A stretch of DNA of 64,000 nt from Vicugna vicugna. Its lineage: Eukaryota. Positions 50,191 through 61,748 of the stretch are shown here, in pieces. The stretch lies in assembly GCA_013265495.1 (NCBI GenBank), contig MU058418.1, positions 1,576,917-1,640,916 of the forward strand. The letters are read 5' to 3'. Within the stretch, counting starts at the first letter, position 1; every line of letters starts with the position of its first letter. A model generated the notes under the pieces. It worked only from the letters and a program-made list of their open reading frames with translations, had not been told where the DNA came from and ran no database searches. The position numbers and the translations under genes are program-made.

Positions 50191-51939
50191 TAAATTACTA
50201 AGATGGTTCCTTAGAACAATTTTTTTTTCCCCAGGACTGACAGCGGAGGGTTTTCTACAAAACCTCAAGAGGTTTTTAAAGTGATTAATTAAAGCAGCCA
50301 CACAGGGTCAGTCTTTTGCTACAGACATGTGGCAGAAAGTGAATCTCCCTCACAAAGTAGGAACCAAATTGGCAAGACATGCCAGGTGTCGGTGTTGCTT
50401 TCCCCAGAAAGTGATGATAGCCACATATCCTGTGCCAACAGCAGGGAGCACTTCCTTAGCCAGAGAAAATGAGATGGGTCCTTTGACCCTTCCAGGAACT
50501 TCCTCTGCCAGACTTGTGTCAAAACAAGTCACCGTGAGACCAAACCCAGTTTGATAACACAGCCATCGCACGGATTGGGCTTCAGGCCCTGGTCGGAGTG
50601 GGCCACTCAGGAGAGGTGAGCACAGGGCCTCCTCCCACAGGGCCCTGGGGACCCTTGAACTGGCACCTGGTGGGAGGGCTCCATAACTTCAGTTGGCGAG
50701 ACGAGCCATGAGTGAGTGATTCATTTGCTAGTGAAACAACTACCAAATTTTTTTGTTAAAAAATCACGAAATTTTCCTGCAGATGCCCTGCTTCAAGAAA
50801 GGTCGGTATATACCCATATCTAAACTTTGTAAGTTTGCAGCAGATAAACTTGAGGGAGAGTCATTCATTTAAAATAATAGCCAGTTTGGTTTGCTCCACC
50901 TCTCTCTGCACATGGCCCTTCGGTGACATGGGCTTGTAGGAATATGATGGTTGTGGTCTAAGCCAAGGGTTTCTAGTGCAAAGTGGTCTCAGAGAAAAGG
51001 AATCCATTCCTCTCAGCTCTCAAAAAGGACTTCCTCAGGGAGAACAAGGGAAACGTCTTTGGCTCATGCATGTCTGTGAGGTTGATTTGTCCAAGATCCA
51101 CTCTCCAGCTAGTCACTCCCAGTTCCCATACACACAAAAACTGAGAGTGAAACACAACACTTCAGTCAGCTGCGTGCAGTTTGAAAGCCAAATTTTAGCA
51201 TTAGGTGAAGTATCTATTTAAAATGCTGACCAAAATTCAGTTAAATGACAAGCTTCATTTAAGAAGTATGCACATATTGTATGCTTTCTGGTGTAAACTG
51301 CATTTGATACAAACCAAATGTGCGCACAGATGGGCCTGGTGTCGGAGGCAGGAGCAGGGTCCGTTGTGAAGCAGAGCCTGCCTCAGGAGGTGCCTCTGAC
51401 GTCAGTGTTGCCACATTTAGCATCTCAGTAAACTACATTTGAGTGTGTTTTTTGGAAGAACATGAAGGGATTTTCCCCCGTTTCTTCTGTAAATACCAAC
51501 TGAGCAGGACATCTGGTAAAATGCCTCAAATAAGATGTACAAGACTGGCAATATATTGCAAAGGTCACAGTCCAAAAAGAATAACCTTTGTCTACATTTC
51601 CATCACTTGTGTCCATCAAATAGCTGTCTATCTAACCCTCTCCACTTTCAAATATTGTCAATTTCTTGGTTTTTTAAAAACAGAACTTCCAGATGCAGGG
51701 TAGTCACCAGAGCCTCGGAGAACTCCGTCTGGGAATCCCCTGATGTGTCCTTGCTTGTGCTGCTTTTAAAGTCCTGCGTCTCTCATTCCATTTAGACCTC
51801 TTTCAGGCACACGGCTGTCTTCAGCCTTGTGAACGCTGTCTGATTTGGAGTGCTCAGGCATCGCGGTGTCAAAAACAAGACCTGGAATGTCTGGAGACTG
51901 TGGGCTGAAAGCAAAAACATCTGCCCCCTTTCGAGCTGT

Positions 51940-52260
51940 TCGTCTCCAATACAACCACAGCCGTGCAGCCGGCCAGCGCTAACGTGACCTCTCTCTCGCC
52001 TCCATCCTCTCTGGGGCAGCGAGGATTGGTTAGGGAGGCGCCTCCACCCCTTCCCCTGGCGCCTTTATATGGCGACTTGGCTCCCGCTCGCCCTCTGCCT
52101 CCTGCCTGGTAGGAGCGTGCCTGTGGCTCTCTTCCCAGCCCCTCTGCAGGCACATTCCCAGTGGGTGCCGCGAGCATTTGGCTGAGCTCGCTCCTATTTT
52201 TCAGCCTTGGCCTTGGTGTGCACCCCTGACCGGGCGGGCGGCATGATAAGCCCTGAGCTT
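51940..52260. promoter_or_regulatory. CpG-enriched intronic promoter/enhancer-like module
   Basis: ATTGG 52025-52029, CTTTATATGG (CArG-like; TATAAA on the - strand) 52063-52072, CATTCC 52153-52158, CTATTTTTCAG 52194-52204, GGGCGGGCGG 52232-52241, TGATAAG 52244-52250; no recognisable repeat. Confidence 0.45.
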
Positions 52261-53012
52261 GTTCATTCTTTTCAGCTCCTGCTGCTTTGCCCTTGTGGAA
52301 CTGGCTCTTGCCCCCACTCAGCACAGAACCCAAATGCCTGATTTATGTCTGCTGACTTAAAAAAGAACGGAGCGCTGTGAAATTCTAGCGTCTCCCTGGT
52401 GCTTTTGAATGATAGCCGCGTTCGGAAGCAGTGGGCGCAGTCACTGATTGCTGACGGAATGGATAGCTGGAGGGAGGCATCAAGTATAATCTCTTCTGGT
52501 TTTTGAATGATTTTCTACTTAGATTCTGGTTTTGAGTCTCCAGTATCTCAGATTTTTCCATTTTGTCGGGCTCAGCACTTTGACAAACTGTTGACCCACT
52601 TTCAGTAGCCCAGGGTTAATTAGTATTTATGTAGCAGTGCAGTTGTGTCTTCCCAACTGGTAAAATTTATCTGTTCTTCAGGCCACCTATAAGCTCAATT
52701 AATGTTGGTGTTTTGTTTGAGGCTGGGAAGTCGGGTAAATGTTGCAAATTGCAAATCCTAATTCAGCTCTCAGAACCAGACTACATGAGAAGTTTCTGAC
52801 CAAAATTTCAACAGGGCATTTTCATGAATTTAATTTTTTGGCTAAGAGAGGGTTCTGATTTTTTTGTTTGTTTGTTTATGGTCCAATATCAATCATCTTG
52901 CTTACAGATTTGGATTTGAACTTATAAACTTTACCTGTCTGTTGGAAGAGGTTGTATAATGTCATCTCTAAATGTATCTTTCATAATGAGATTGGGAACA
53001 TATGTGATAAGT

Positions 53013-53164
53013 CTTTTTTTTTTAGGGTTTTTTGGTTTTTGTTTATTTATTTTGGGGGGGGGATAATTAAGTTTATTTATTTATTTAATGGAGGTACTGG
53101 AGGTTGAATCCAGGACCTTGTGCATGCTAAGCACAGCATTCTACCAGTAGGCTATATCCTCCCC
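53013..53164 (-). mobile_element. Vic-1-type SINE (copy 6)
   Basis: atggaggtactggaggttgaatccaggaccttgtgcatgctaagcacagcattctaccagtaggctatatcctcccc. Confidence 0.88.
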
Positions 53165-53176
53165 TCCCCTGATTTT

Positions 53177-53335
53177 TTTTTTTGCATTCATTTTTAAATT
53201 ATTTTTTGTTTATTTTTTAGTGGGGGAGAGGTAATTAGGTTTGTTTATTTATTTTTTACTGGAGATACTGAGAATTGAACCCAGGACCTGGTGCATGCTA
53301 AGCATGTGCTCTGCCAGTGAGCTACACTCTCCCCC
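53177..53335 (-). mobile_element. Vic-1-type SINE (copy 7), inserted at the head of copy 6
   Basis: ggagatactgagaattgaacccaggacctggtgcatgctaagcatgtgctctgccagtgagctacactctccccc; TSD ccctcccctgatttt at 53162-53176 and 53338-53352. Confidence 0.88.
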
Positions 53336-53499
53336 AGCCCTCCCCTGATTTTAAACACACTTACAACCCTTTCAATTTCAACCCATTTTTTGAATATCTT
53401 TCTAAAATGTTTTCCTTGACTTAGGATAAGTAGTCCTCTCCTAAGGAAGTTATGGAGTCTGCTGAACAGAGTTGACTCTTTCTGTGACAGCTTGATACG

Positions 53500-53950
53500 G
53501 TTCCTTCCTGATGGTCAACATTCTGCACATGGTTATTTTAAGGCACGACATGGTAGGAAGGGTGTGGGAGGCAGGGAGGAATGTGTTCCCACTGGTTGAC
53601 TGTGGGTGGGGAATAAGGTGAGGTAATGCAGAAGTGGTCGCACAAGGCCAGATGGTACATTAGATGCTGGCTTTGGCATTTAATAGGCATAGGATGTTTT
53701 TGAGCAAGAGGATGATGTAAGAGCTGTGCTTCAAGAAGTGGTGTTAATCTTGGTCACCAAGGGAAGAGCCTGTCAGGGTCTCTGACAAGATTGTCTACAG
53801 CCGGGTTGCCCAGAGTGGGTGTGGGAAGGAGGGGGTCAGAGAGATTGAGCTGACAGACTGGAGGGAACTGGTGACTGCTGAGGGAAGTAAGATTGGGAGG
53901 AGTCAAGGATGCCTCAGGGGCTGAATCTAGGGGGAAGCTGAGTGTCATGG
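53500..53950 (-). mobile_element. L2 relic
   Basis: ggatgtttttgagcaagaggatgatgtaagagctgtgcttcaagaag...ggaggagtcaaggatgcctc. Confidence 0.6.
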
Positions 53951-56779
53951 GAATGAGGAGGTGGGCTGTGGTGGTTTTGGAATCCAGTTGTAAGTAGCAC
54001 AGTGATTGGCCAAATCCTGCCTCTTCCCTTCACCAGTGTTGGACTCTGGGGCCATTGAGCCTCTTGAAGCTTCAGTTTCCACATCTCTGAGCAGGGGGAC
54101 ATCTCCTTCATTGACTTTAGGCCAGTCTCTCTCATGTGGAAAGTAACATTCAACACAGCTGCTGCCACCGTTGGAACTTGCCAGAGACCACTCTGTTCAG
54201 CAGTGTCCTGTTCCTTGTTTTGTCCTAGTCAGAGTAATTTTATTTATAGGCATGTGGAGCTCAATCAGATTGAGTAACGTGCTGACTCGCGAGGGCACAA
54301 CATATGCTAAACCAAAGAGAACATCCCACCGGCTACGCCTGGAACGTGCAGCTGAGGTCAGGCTCCGTACAGTAGGTGTCCCTGCTTGTCTGAGCTCTGG
54401 TTGGCCAGAGCTGTTGCTAGGCTGATTCTGTTTTAAGCAAAATTAGAAAGCTGATATGAACTGGTTATACTAGACTCCCTTCTTTAAAAAAAAAGTTCTC
54501 TTTCCTGATTCATCTTCATTTTGCAGTTTCAAAACTGTGTAGTTGTAGTGTGAATATGCAACTTTGTGCTAAATTTAATAAAAATACTATAAAAGTACAG
54601 CTTTGATTTATAGGTGGTCCTTAGATATTATCTAAGAATACAGGAAAGACTGTACCTCAAAGGAAAACTGCAAGTTGATGAAATCACTTTCTGTTATGGC
54701 ATTGGTGGTCTCTACAAATCTATGATTTGGGCCTTTCTCAAATTTTTCAAATCTGTGTAGGACTTTAATTAAATGATGTTTTGTAGACTTGAGGTGGATT
54801 GGGCTGTGGAGCAATAAGCAACCTCCCCTAATGCCGTCCAGTGCAGGGTGCTGCGCAGCGCAGAGGCCGCCCGTGCGGAGCTCAGGAGCTGCGCAAAGCC
54901 CTCTTGCTCAGCCTCCTCCTTCAGGATTCCAAATGAGTCCAGACAAGCACTGGCATGGGAGGAAGGAAACACCACCTCTGCCAACCTCCTGTGAGCCTGC
55001 TGCTCTTCTTGCCTATTCATGTTCCTTCAATTCTCAGAGAATGTATTTGAGAAATGGTGGGGGGCGGGGAACGGAGGTGGGGAAGATGCCTTAGCCAACC
55101 CTGAGGAAGAGGACAGAAACAGCACACATAGCAGTTGCTGGAAGTTTGGTGCTGCAGACGGCACAATCTGCCAGCCCATTTGTTGATTCTGCATGCCATC
55201 CTTCAGTTGGCACCATCGTTGCCAGAAACCACCCCCTCCTTTTTCCATCTGCAGGCAGGGAGGGAGGTATTGCGGCAGCGTTCACTCTTCCTGTCCTAAA
55301 GCCTAGAGTTTCTTCTTCCAACATTAGGCTTAATCACCTGTGCCATGTTAGGACCCACAGAGATATTGGAATCAAAGAATTTTAGAAGTGGAAGGGGCCT
55401 GAGGGAATTTTTCAAACAAGAAAAGCAGCACCCAATCTTCCCAGATTCCACCACATATGACAGTGGATAGAAGTCATTTGAATGTTGAAGAATGAGAATC
55501 TTTGAGGATACCTGCTTTTACCTATAGCCAGGGATCTGGTCTAAATACTCCTGGCAAATCAGCAGTGATGAGGGGAAGTAGTGCAGGGCGAGAGATGCCT
55601 TCTGAGTAAGACCAACCAGAAAAACAAACATCGGAGGTGGAGGTGAAGCATCAGGGCTAGGAAGAGGGCGAAGGGAGGAAAAAATAGTCGGGCATCTTTC
55701 AGAAGATGGCAGTGACATTTTAGAAGGTAAATTGATTAGTCCTGGTAATGATTTAGCTAGCAGAATATAACTACTTACTATATTCTGTAAGAAGTCATTT
55801 AAAAGCACTAATAATGTCTTCCCTGTCTTGCTTAGTGTGTTTTTGTGGAAATGGGAGAAGAGCACAATCCAGGGAACACCGTGAGGTCCAAAAACGTAAC
55901 TGCTATCCAAGGTGTGAGGGAGGTGACTCTCTGGATTGTGGAGACTGGGAATGCTTTCTTCAGATTAAAGAACTGCAGATTATCACTTGCAGAGAATCTG
56001 TTACTTTGTATATTGAGGTGCATGGAACAATGCCTGGTGTATCATTAGCATGATATATGAGTTGCTGCTACTACTACTTGTAGTAATAGTGATTATTATA
56101 ATTTTCAGAGCTAGGACTAGTGTAGTGTATCTTTAATCAGAAATCATTTATCAGAGTTTATGTGAAAAGCTCATCTTCCTCAATTTAGAAGATACAATGG
56201 AGTGTTTTCCCTTCAAGGAGTGTAATTCTCAGAAACAACCTCTGTCCTGGTTGGATAATGGTCTGCTTTGCTGTTGGGTGTGGCCAGGGTGAACGCATGC
56301 TTTCCTTCCAGAGCCCAGGGAGGAGCCTGCACCATCAGGAATTCCATGACACAACCACTGGTTTCATGTGAAATCAGATGGGAGTTTTATAAGGAAACCG
56401 TGTGTGCTTGGTTTAGATTTAGGGCCTCCAGGCTTCAGCCTCTCTAGGGAACCCTCTGGTGATCAGACACAAACACAGTGACCCCAGGCCCCAAAGGGGA
56501 CTGTCCCAGGGACTCTCTCTCAAGACATACTTCTTTACCCCCTGCCAAACCACCTGTCCTCCCTCTCCATACCCACTTTTATTAGTTTTTCAAGGTTGAA
56601 CTCAAATTCATTGTCATAACTTTGCTGACAACACCCCCCCACCCCAGCCCCATGTTCACTGAGTGTCCTCTTATCTAAACTCCTCTAAGACCACTGGGAC
56701 TTTCCCACATAGTTGAATGCTACTAACATTTTATCGATAGTGCTAGAAAAGGGTTCAGAACAATGTCTGAATCATCACT

Positions 56780-56910
56780 CACTACAATTTGTGCTTTATC
56801 TGTTATGTCTCCTTTAATCTCACACAGTACTTCCCCCATTTTACAGATGAGTTAATCGAGGTACAGAGTGGCTAAGGGAAGTCACAAGTATGACACCAGG
56901 CTGCCTGGCT
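56780..56910 (-). mobile_element. MIR SINE
   Basis: tttaatctcacacagtacttcccccattttacagatgag. Confidence 0.7.
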
Positions 56911-58060
56911 CTCTGATCCCCTTGGGTGTCTAGTTTCTTCCTTAGCCCTCTCAATCTTTGTTCTTCCCCCCATGCCTTCACCTTGTCTTCTTAAATAGAT
57001 TCTGAGCTCTTGAGAGCACCTGGCCTCAGACATGTTTGTGTGCATGTATTCCCTGGGACCCCAGGATGCAGAAATTCTCCAAAGACTGGCATTCCAGTTG
57101 GGGTTGGGGGAGGAGTGGGGTCCCTGGCTGGACCACTGGGCCAGCTGTGATTGGTTGCCTGTTGAGCTGGGGCTTTTCCTGGTATCAACTCTCTCCTGGG
57201 CCAGCGCCAGCTTTTGTTGTCATGTTAGGCTCCGTCCTTTCTTAATGTTGGCAAATGATTCCCAGCTGCACAAGCAGCAGCCTGGCTGCTTCTGCACCAG
57301 GGCCAGGGAAAACGTTTTCAAGAACAAGCAGGAACAAGTTGGCATTGGCAGAGCCGACCCAGGCAAATCCAAGCGTCTTGTCCTTTGTCCCAGATCCTCC
57401 AGCTCTCTCTGGGCCACACACAGCGGTGCTGTCCCCACCCTCCAGGTCCCACCTGGACCTGGCTCCCCTAGGAAACCGGCCCAGCCCTTTGCCCTTTGTC
57501 CTGGTTCCTTAAGGCAGCTGATAAGTACAGATCTGATAAGGCTGGTTTATTGGAATCTCTTCTAGTGATATATTTGCATTTAAAAGGGGATAATTCCTTT
57601 ACTGCTCTGAAAGAAGGCGAGGCAAGGGAGGAGATCATTAAGTGATAGACCATGTGGGAGGCAAGGATACAGGAAGGACTCCAGGTCTGGGTAATCTTGG
57701 GTTCAAATCCTGACTCCACCCCTCACTGGCTGTAACCAGGGCAGCTTCTCTGAGCCTGTTTATAAAACAGCGCAGCACCTGCACCATGAGTATTAACACC
57801 CTGGCCAGTTGTAGCCCCTCAGTATGTGTTCCTTTAACAACCAAACTCTTATGTTGGCCAGTTGTTAGCAAATTAAGAACATAATTGTTTATGTTTCTTG
57901 TTCAGCTATAAAGTGTTCTCACCTTGGGATTTTTTGTTTATTCATAGTGAAATATGGCTTATAAACAGAAAAGTGAATGAAACATATATGCACCATTTAG
58001 CAAATAGTAATAAAAGGTTGAGAAAGACAAGTACTGCTTTATAGGGGTGTATGTATGTAT

Positions 58061-58233
58061 CAGTGATTCTCAGCCCGGGGCGATTTTGTCCCCAGGGGAC
58101 ATTGAACGTTTTTGGTTGTGGCATCTGGAGGAGTGGTACTGGCATTTTTGGTACTGGCACCTAGTAGGAGCAGTCAGGAATGCCACTGAACATAGATAGC
58201 CCCCAGTCAGTAGTGCCCATGCAGAGAAAGCCT
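58061..58233 (+). mobile_element. MER20 hAT-Charlie DNA transposon
   Basis: cagtgattctcagcccggggcgattttgtccccaggggacatt...tttttggttgtggcatctgg...tactggcacctagtagg. Confidence 0.85.
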
Positions 58234-58703
58234 GCTGTAACACAAGCTGATTAGCCATCTTGGATGAAAAACATCCTGGTTCTAGAAACAATGCTTCAGC
58301 AGAAGGTGAACTTTAAGGAAAAAATTTGGACGCTCAAGAAACCTGTTAGTGTCAAGACCTAGATTTATACGACGTATGGTTAGTAATGTCACCCTGCTCA
58401 ACTAATTGTTCTCTTTAAAAAAACAAAAAAAAGCCAGCCAGAATTTCAGTTGAAGGATCTGAAGTTAATAGACCTTGCTAACAGCATCAATTAGTTTGTA
58501 TTCTTTCATTATTGCCAGATGCTTTTAATCTCTTCTGTCACACTGTACCAATCTTGGGAATCAAATACTGTACAAGTTAGTAGAAGCCAGAAGTGCTTCA
58601 TTTTACAATTAATTACATTGTGAGTTAATTAAATACTGTCCTCTTCACAACAACTCTCCCAGCACCTTTGCACTTGTAACTCTTTGTCTTTAATTTATTG
58701 CAG

Positions 58704-59022
58704 GATTTAGTGGTTCGTATTGTTTTTATTCTTGGCAACCTGACAGCGAAAAATAACCAGGCACGTGAGCAATTTTGCAGAGAGAAAGGGAGCTTCCCAA
58801 CTCTGCTGTCATTATTCCACACGTTCTACGAGCTGGATCTGCATTCCAGGAAGCGCGTGGAGGAAGGAGACGATCGGCCCCCGGCGCGGAGGCCGCCGGC
58901 CCAGGCGGAGGACGTGCTCATCAAGCTGACCCGGGTGCTCGCCAACCTGGCCATCCACCCGCGCGTGGGCCCGGCCATCGCCGCCCACCCGCGCATAGTG
59001 GGCCTGCTCCTCGCCACGCTGG
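58704..59022 (+). CDS. ARMC2: ARMC2 coding exon (319 bp, probably exon 13): DLVVRIVFILGNLTAKNNQAREQF...AEDVLIKLTRVLANLAIHPRVGPAIAAHPRIVGLLLATL
   Basis: Acceptor taatttattgcag, donor TGG|gtaaga; ARM motifs ILGNLT and VLANLA; ORF 58698-59144 runs on into the intron. Confidence 0.95.
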
Positions 59023-59110
59023 GTAAGAAGCGCAGCTGCCCAGCGGCTGCGAGTCCCCGGCGGAGCGGCAGGGGGCAGGGGGCCGGGGCGAGGGGGCTGC
59101 TTCCGTGCCA
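58840..59110. other. Small intragenic CpG-island-like segment over the 3' half of the last exon and its donor
   Basis: Dense CpGs (e.g. cgatcggcccccggcgcggaggccgccggcc) in an otherwise CpG-depleted window. Confidence 0.75.
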
Positions 59111-59490
59111 GGAGGGTTTTAGTAGTACAGTCCCCTCACTTTAAGGAGCCTTCTTCGCTGTGAAGGGAAATTCCTTCTGTTGAGAACTGCCTCGAAAGTA
59201 ATCCAGATTGTAAAAAGAAAGAAAAAAAAGTAATATAGTGATACAAATTATTACTAAAACCCACGAAACTGTAAAGTTTAAAGAGTGAATTTTATGGTAT
59301 GTGAATTAAATCTCAATTTAAAAAAAGCGTACCAATCAAATCATCAAAAATTGGCCAAACTGATCACAGAGTTTTAAATTCCAAATTTGTCCTGGGTTAG
59401 TCCACATGATTAAAGTCTATTTACCTTTTTTCAGCTTTCTACATTACCCATAATTATAGCCCCTCGTCATTCAGGTCCCATCTTTTCCCC

Positions 59491-61493
59491 TGTGTTAGTC
59501 AGTTGGAGCTGCCCTAACAAAATACTGCAGACTGGGAGGCTTAAACACCTGAAGTTTATTACTCCCGGCTCTGGAGGCTGAAGTCCACGATCCGAATGCC
59601 AGCTGATTCTGTTCTGGTGAGAGCGCTCTTCCTGGCTCGCAGGTGGCTGCATTCTCACTAAGTCTTCATGCGGCTTTTCCTCAGTGTGTGCATATGCGCT
59701 TGTGCACACAGGGAGAGAGAATGCTCTTTCTCTTAAGACCACCAATCCTGTCAGATACAGAGTCTACCCTTATGACTCCATGTAAAACTTTACCTTCTAA
59801 AAGCCCTGTCTCCAAAAACATCCCATTAGGGGTTAGGGCTTCAACATATGAATTTGGCAGAGGGTTCACAATTCTACCCCTGGCCTCCAAAATTCATGTC
59901 CTTCTCACATGCAAAATACATTCATTCCATCCCAACAGTCCCAAAAGTTTTAATTCATTCCAGCATCAACTCTAAAATCTAAAGTCCAAAATCTCTTAAA
60001 CATCATCTAAATCAGGTATTGTGAGTCTCAAAATATGATACAACCTGAGGAAAAATTCCTCTCCTGCTCGGACCTGTGAAACCAGACAAGTTACATGCAA
60101 AACCAACAACAGGGCAGGCATAGGACAGGCATTCCCATTCCAAAGGAGAGAAATGGGGAGAAAGGAAAGTGTGACAGCGGGTCCCGAGCAAGTCCTAAAC
60201 CAAGTCAGATGAATTCCATCAGATCTTAAGGCTTGAGAACAACCCTCTGTGGTTAGATTGGGCCACTGGGCTTTGCAGAGAGGCCTTGCGAGGCTTTGAG
60301 GTGAAGGCTGGTCTGGGTCTGGGCTGTTGGAACTGAGGCTGTGGCCCTGGGGTCATCTTCTTTACTTGAAGAATAGTGCATATTTGCAGCCAAATGGCTC
60401 TACACCCTGTCCTGTCAAGTCCGAGGAGTCTGACAGCCTCCCTTCATTTGGTCCTGTCTCCGTCCCCTTCAGTTCGAACTGGCAGTTTCTGCTGTTATAA
60501 CCCTCTGAACTCCTCACCGAGTGATGGTTCGATCACATCCTTGGTCTTCTCCAGCACTTGCTTTCTCATGTCTTGCAATGTGGACAGGCTGAGAATTTTC
60601 CGAATCTACAAGTACTAGTTCCCTTTGCTTAACAGTTCCTTCTTCAACCCCTCTCTCTCCTCATGCGATACTACAAGCAGTCAGGAGGAGCCAAGTCCCT
60701 CTTTAAACACTTTGCTTAGAAATCTCAACTGAATATCCAATATTATTGCTCACAAGTTCGACCTTCCACAAAACACCAAAACACAAACAGTTCAACCTGA
60801 GTTCTGTCACTTTATGACAATGATCACCTTTCTTGCAGTTTCTAATCACCTGTTTCTCCTTTCCGTCCAAGACTTTGCCAGAATGGCCTTCAGTGTCCAT
60901 CTTTCTAACAACATTGTATTCGTGGTTATGTATATGTTCTCTAAGAAGATGAAAGCTTTCTCTCCAGCTCTCTCTTGTCTTTGAGCCTTTGCCAAATTCA
61001 CCTTTAACGTCTGTATTTCCAGCAAGCACCTCAGAACTCCTCAATCCTCTACCTATTCCCCAGTTCCAAAGCTGCCTCCACACTTGTATGTGGAGGTCTT
61101 TCGGGTATTTGTTACAGCTGCACCCCATGTCTAGGTACCCAAGTCTGTCTTAGTCTGCTTGGGATGCCATAGCAAAATAACATAGGCTAGGTGACTTAAA
61201 CAACAGAGATTTATTCTCTTATACTTCTGGAGACAAGAAGTCTGAGATCAGGGTTCTAGCATGGTTGGTTCTGGTGAGGCCTCTCCTCCCAGCTTATAGA
61301 CAGCTGCCTTCTCTCTCTCTTGCTCTTCTTCTAATGCCACCAATCCTATCGAAGAAGGGCTCCACCCTTACAATCTCATCTGACTCTAATTATCTCCCCA
61401 AAGCCCTGTCTCCAAATACAGGCCCTTCACGGGTTGAGGGCTTCAATATATGAAGTTGGGGTTGGGAGAGACACAACTCGGTCCTTAGTGACA
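59491..61493 (-). mobile_element. MaLR provirus (MLT1A/B type): LTR 59491-~59880, internal ~59881-61145, LTR 61146-61493
   Basis: Two homologous LTRs (tgt.ttagtc...gctgcc.taacaaaata...aagccctgtctccaaa...gggcttcaa.atatgaa) flank MLT-int sequence (aaattcatgtccttctcacatgcaaaatacattcattcc; cccagttccaaagctgcctccaca). Confidence 0.88.
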
Positions 61494-61748
61494 CCCTTCC
61501 ACTTCTTAGACCTTGTCATTTCCTGTGGGCACCTCTGCCTACCAGTGTGCAAGGAAATTAACTGCCATCTAGAGTGATCTGCTTAACCACTACTTACCTG
61601 ACTTGGAAAGACTTTTTATGTTGTAGAGGAAACCTTAATGCCTGAAGAAAAGAAGGTTTAGGGTTAATCCTTGAGCTTTGCCCTTTTGCTCTTCATTTCT
61701 TGAGTCCTCACTGCATAATCAGTCCCATGCTGTGTGTTAAAAGATGTT

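Noticed and set aside
57032..57565. 177-aa + strand ORF
   Set aside because: No recognisable homology, does not fit the ARMC2 exon chain, and plausible by chance in GC-richer intron.
60703..61128. 141-aa minus-strand ORF
   Set aside because: Lies in the decayed MaLR internal region; no sign of an intact gag-like frame.
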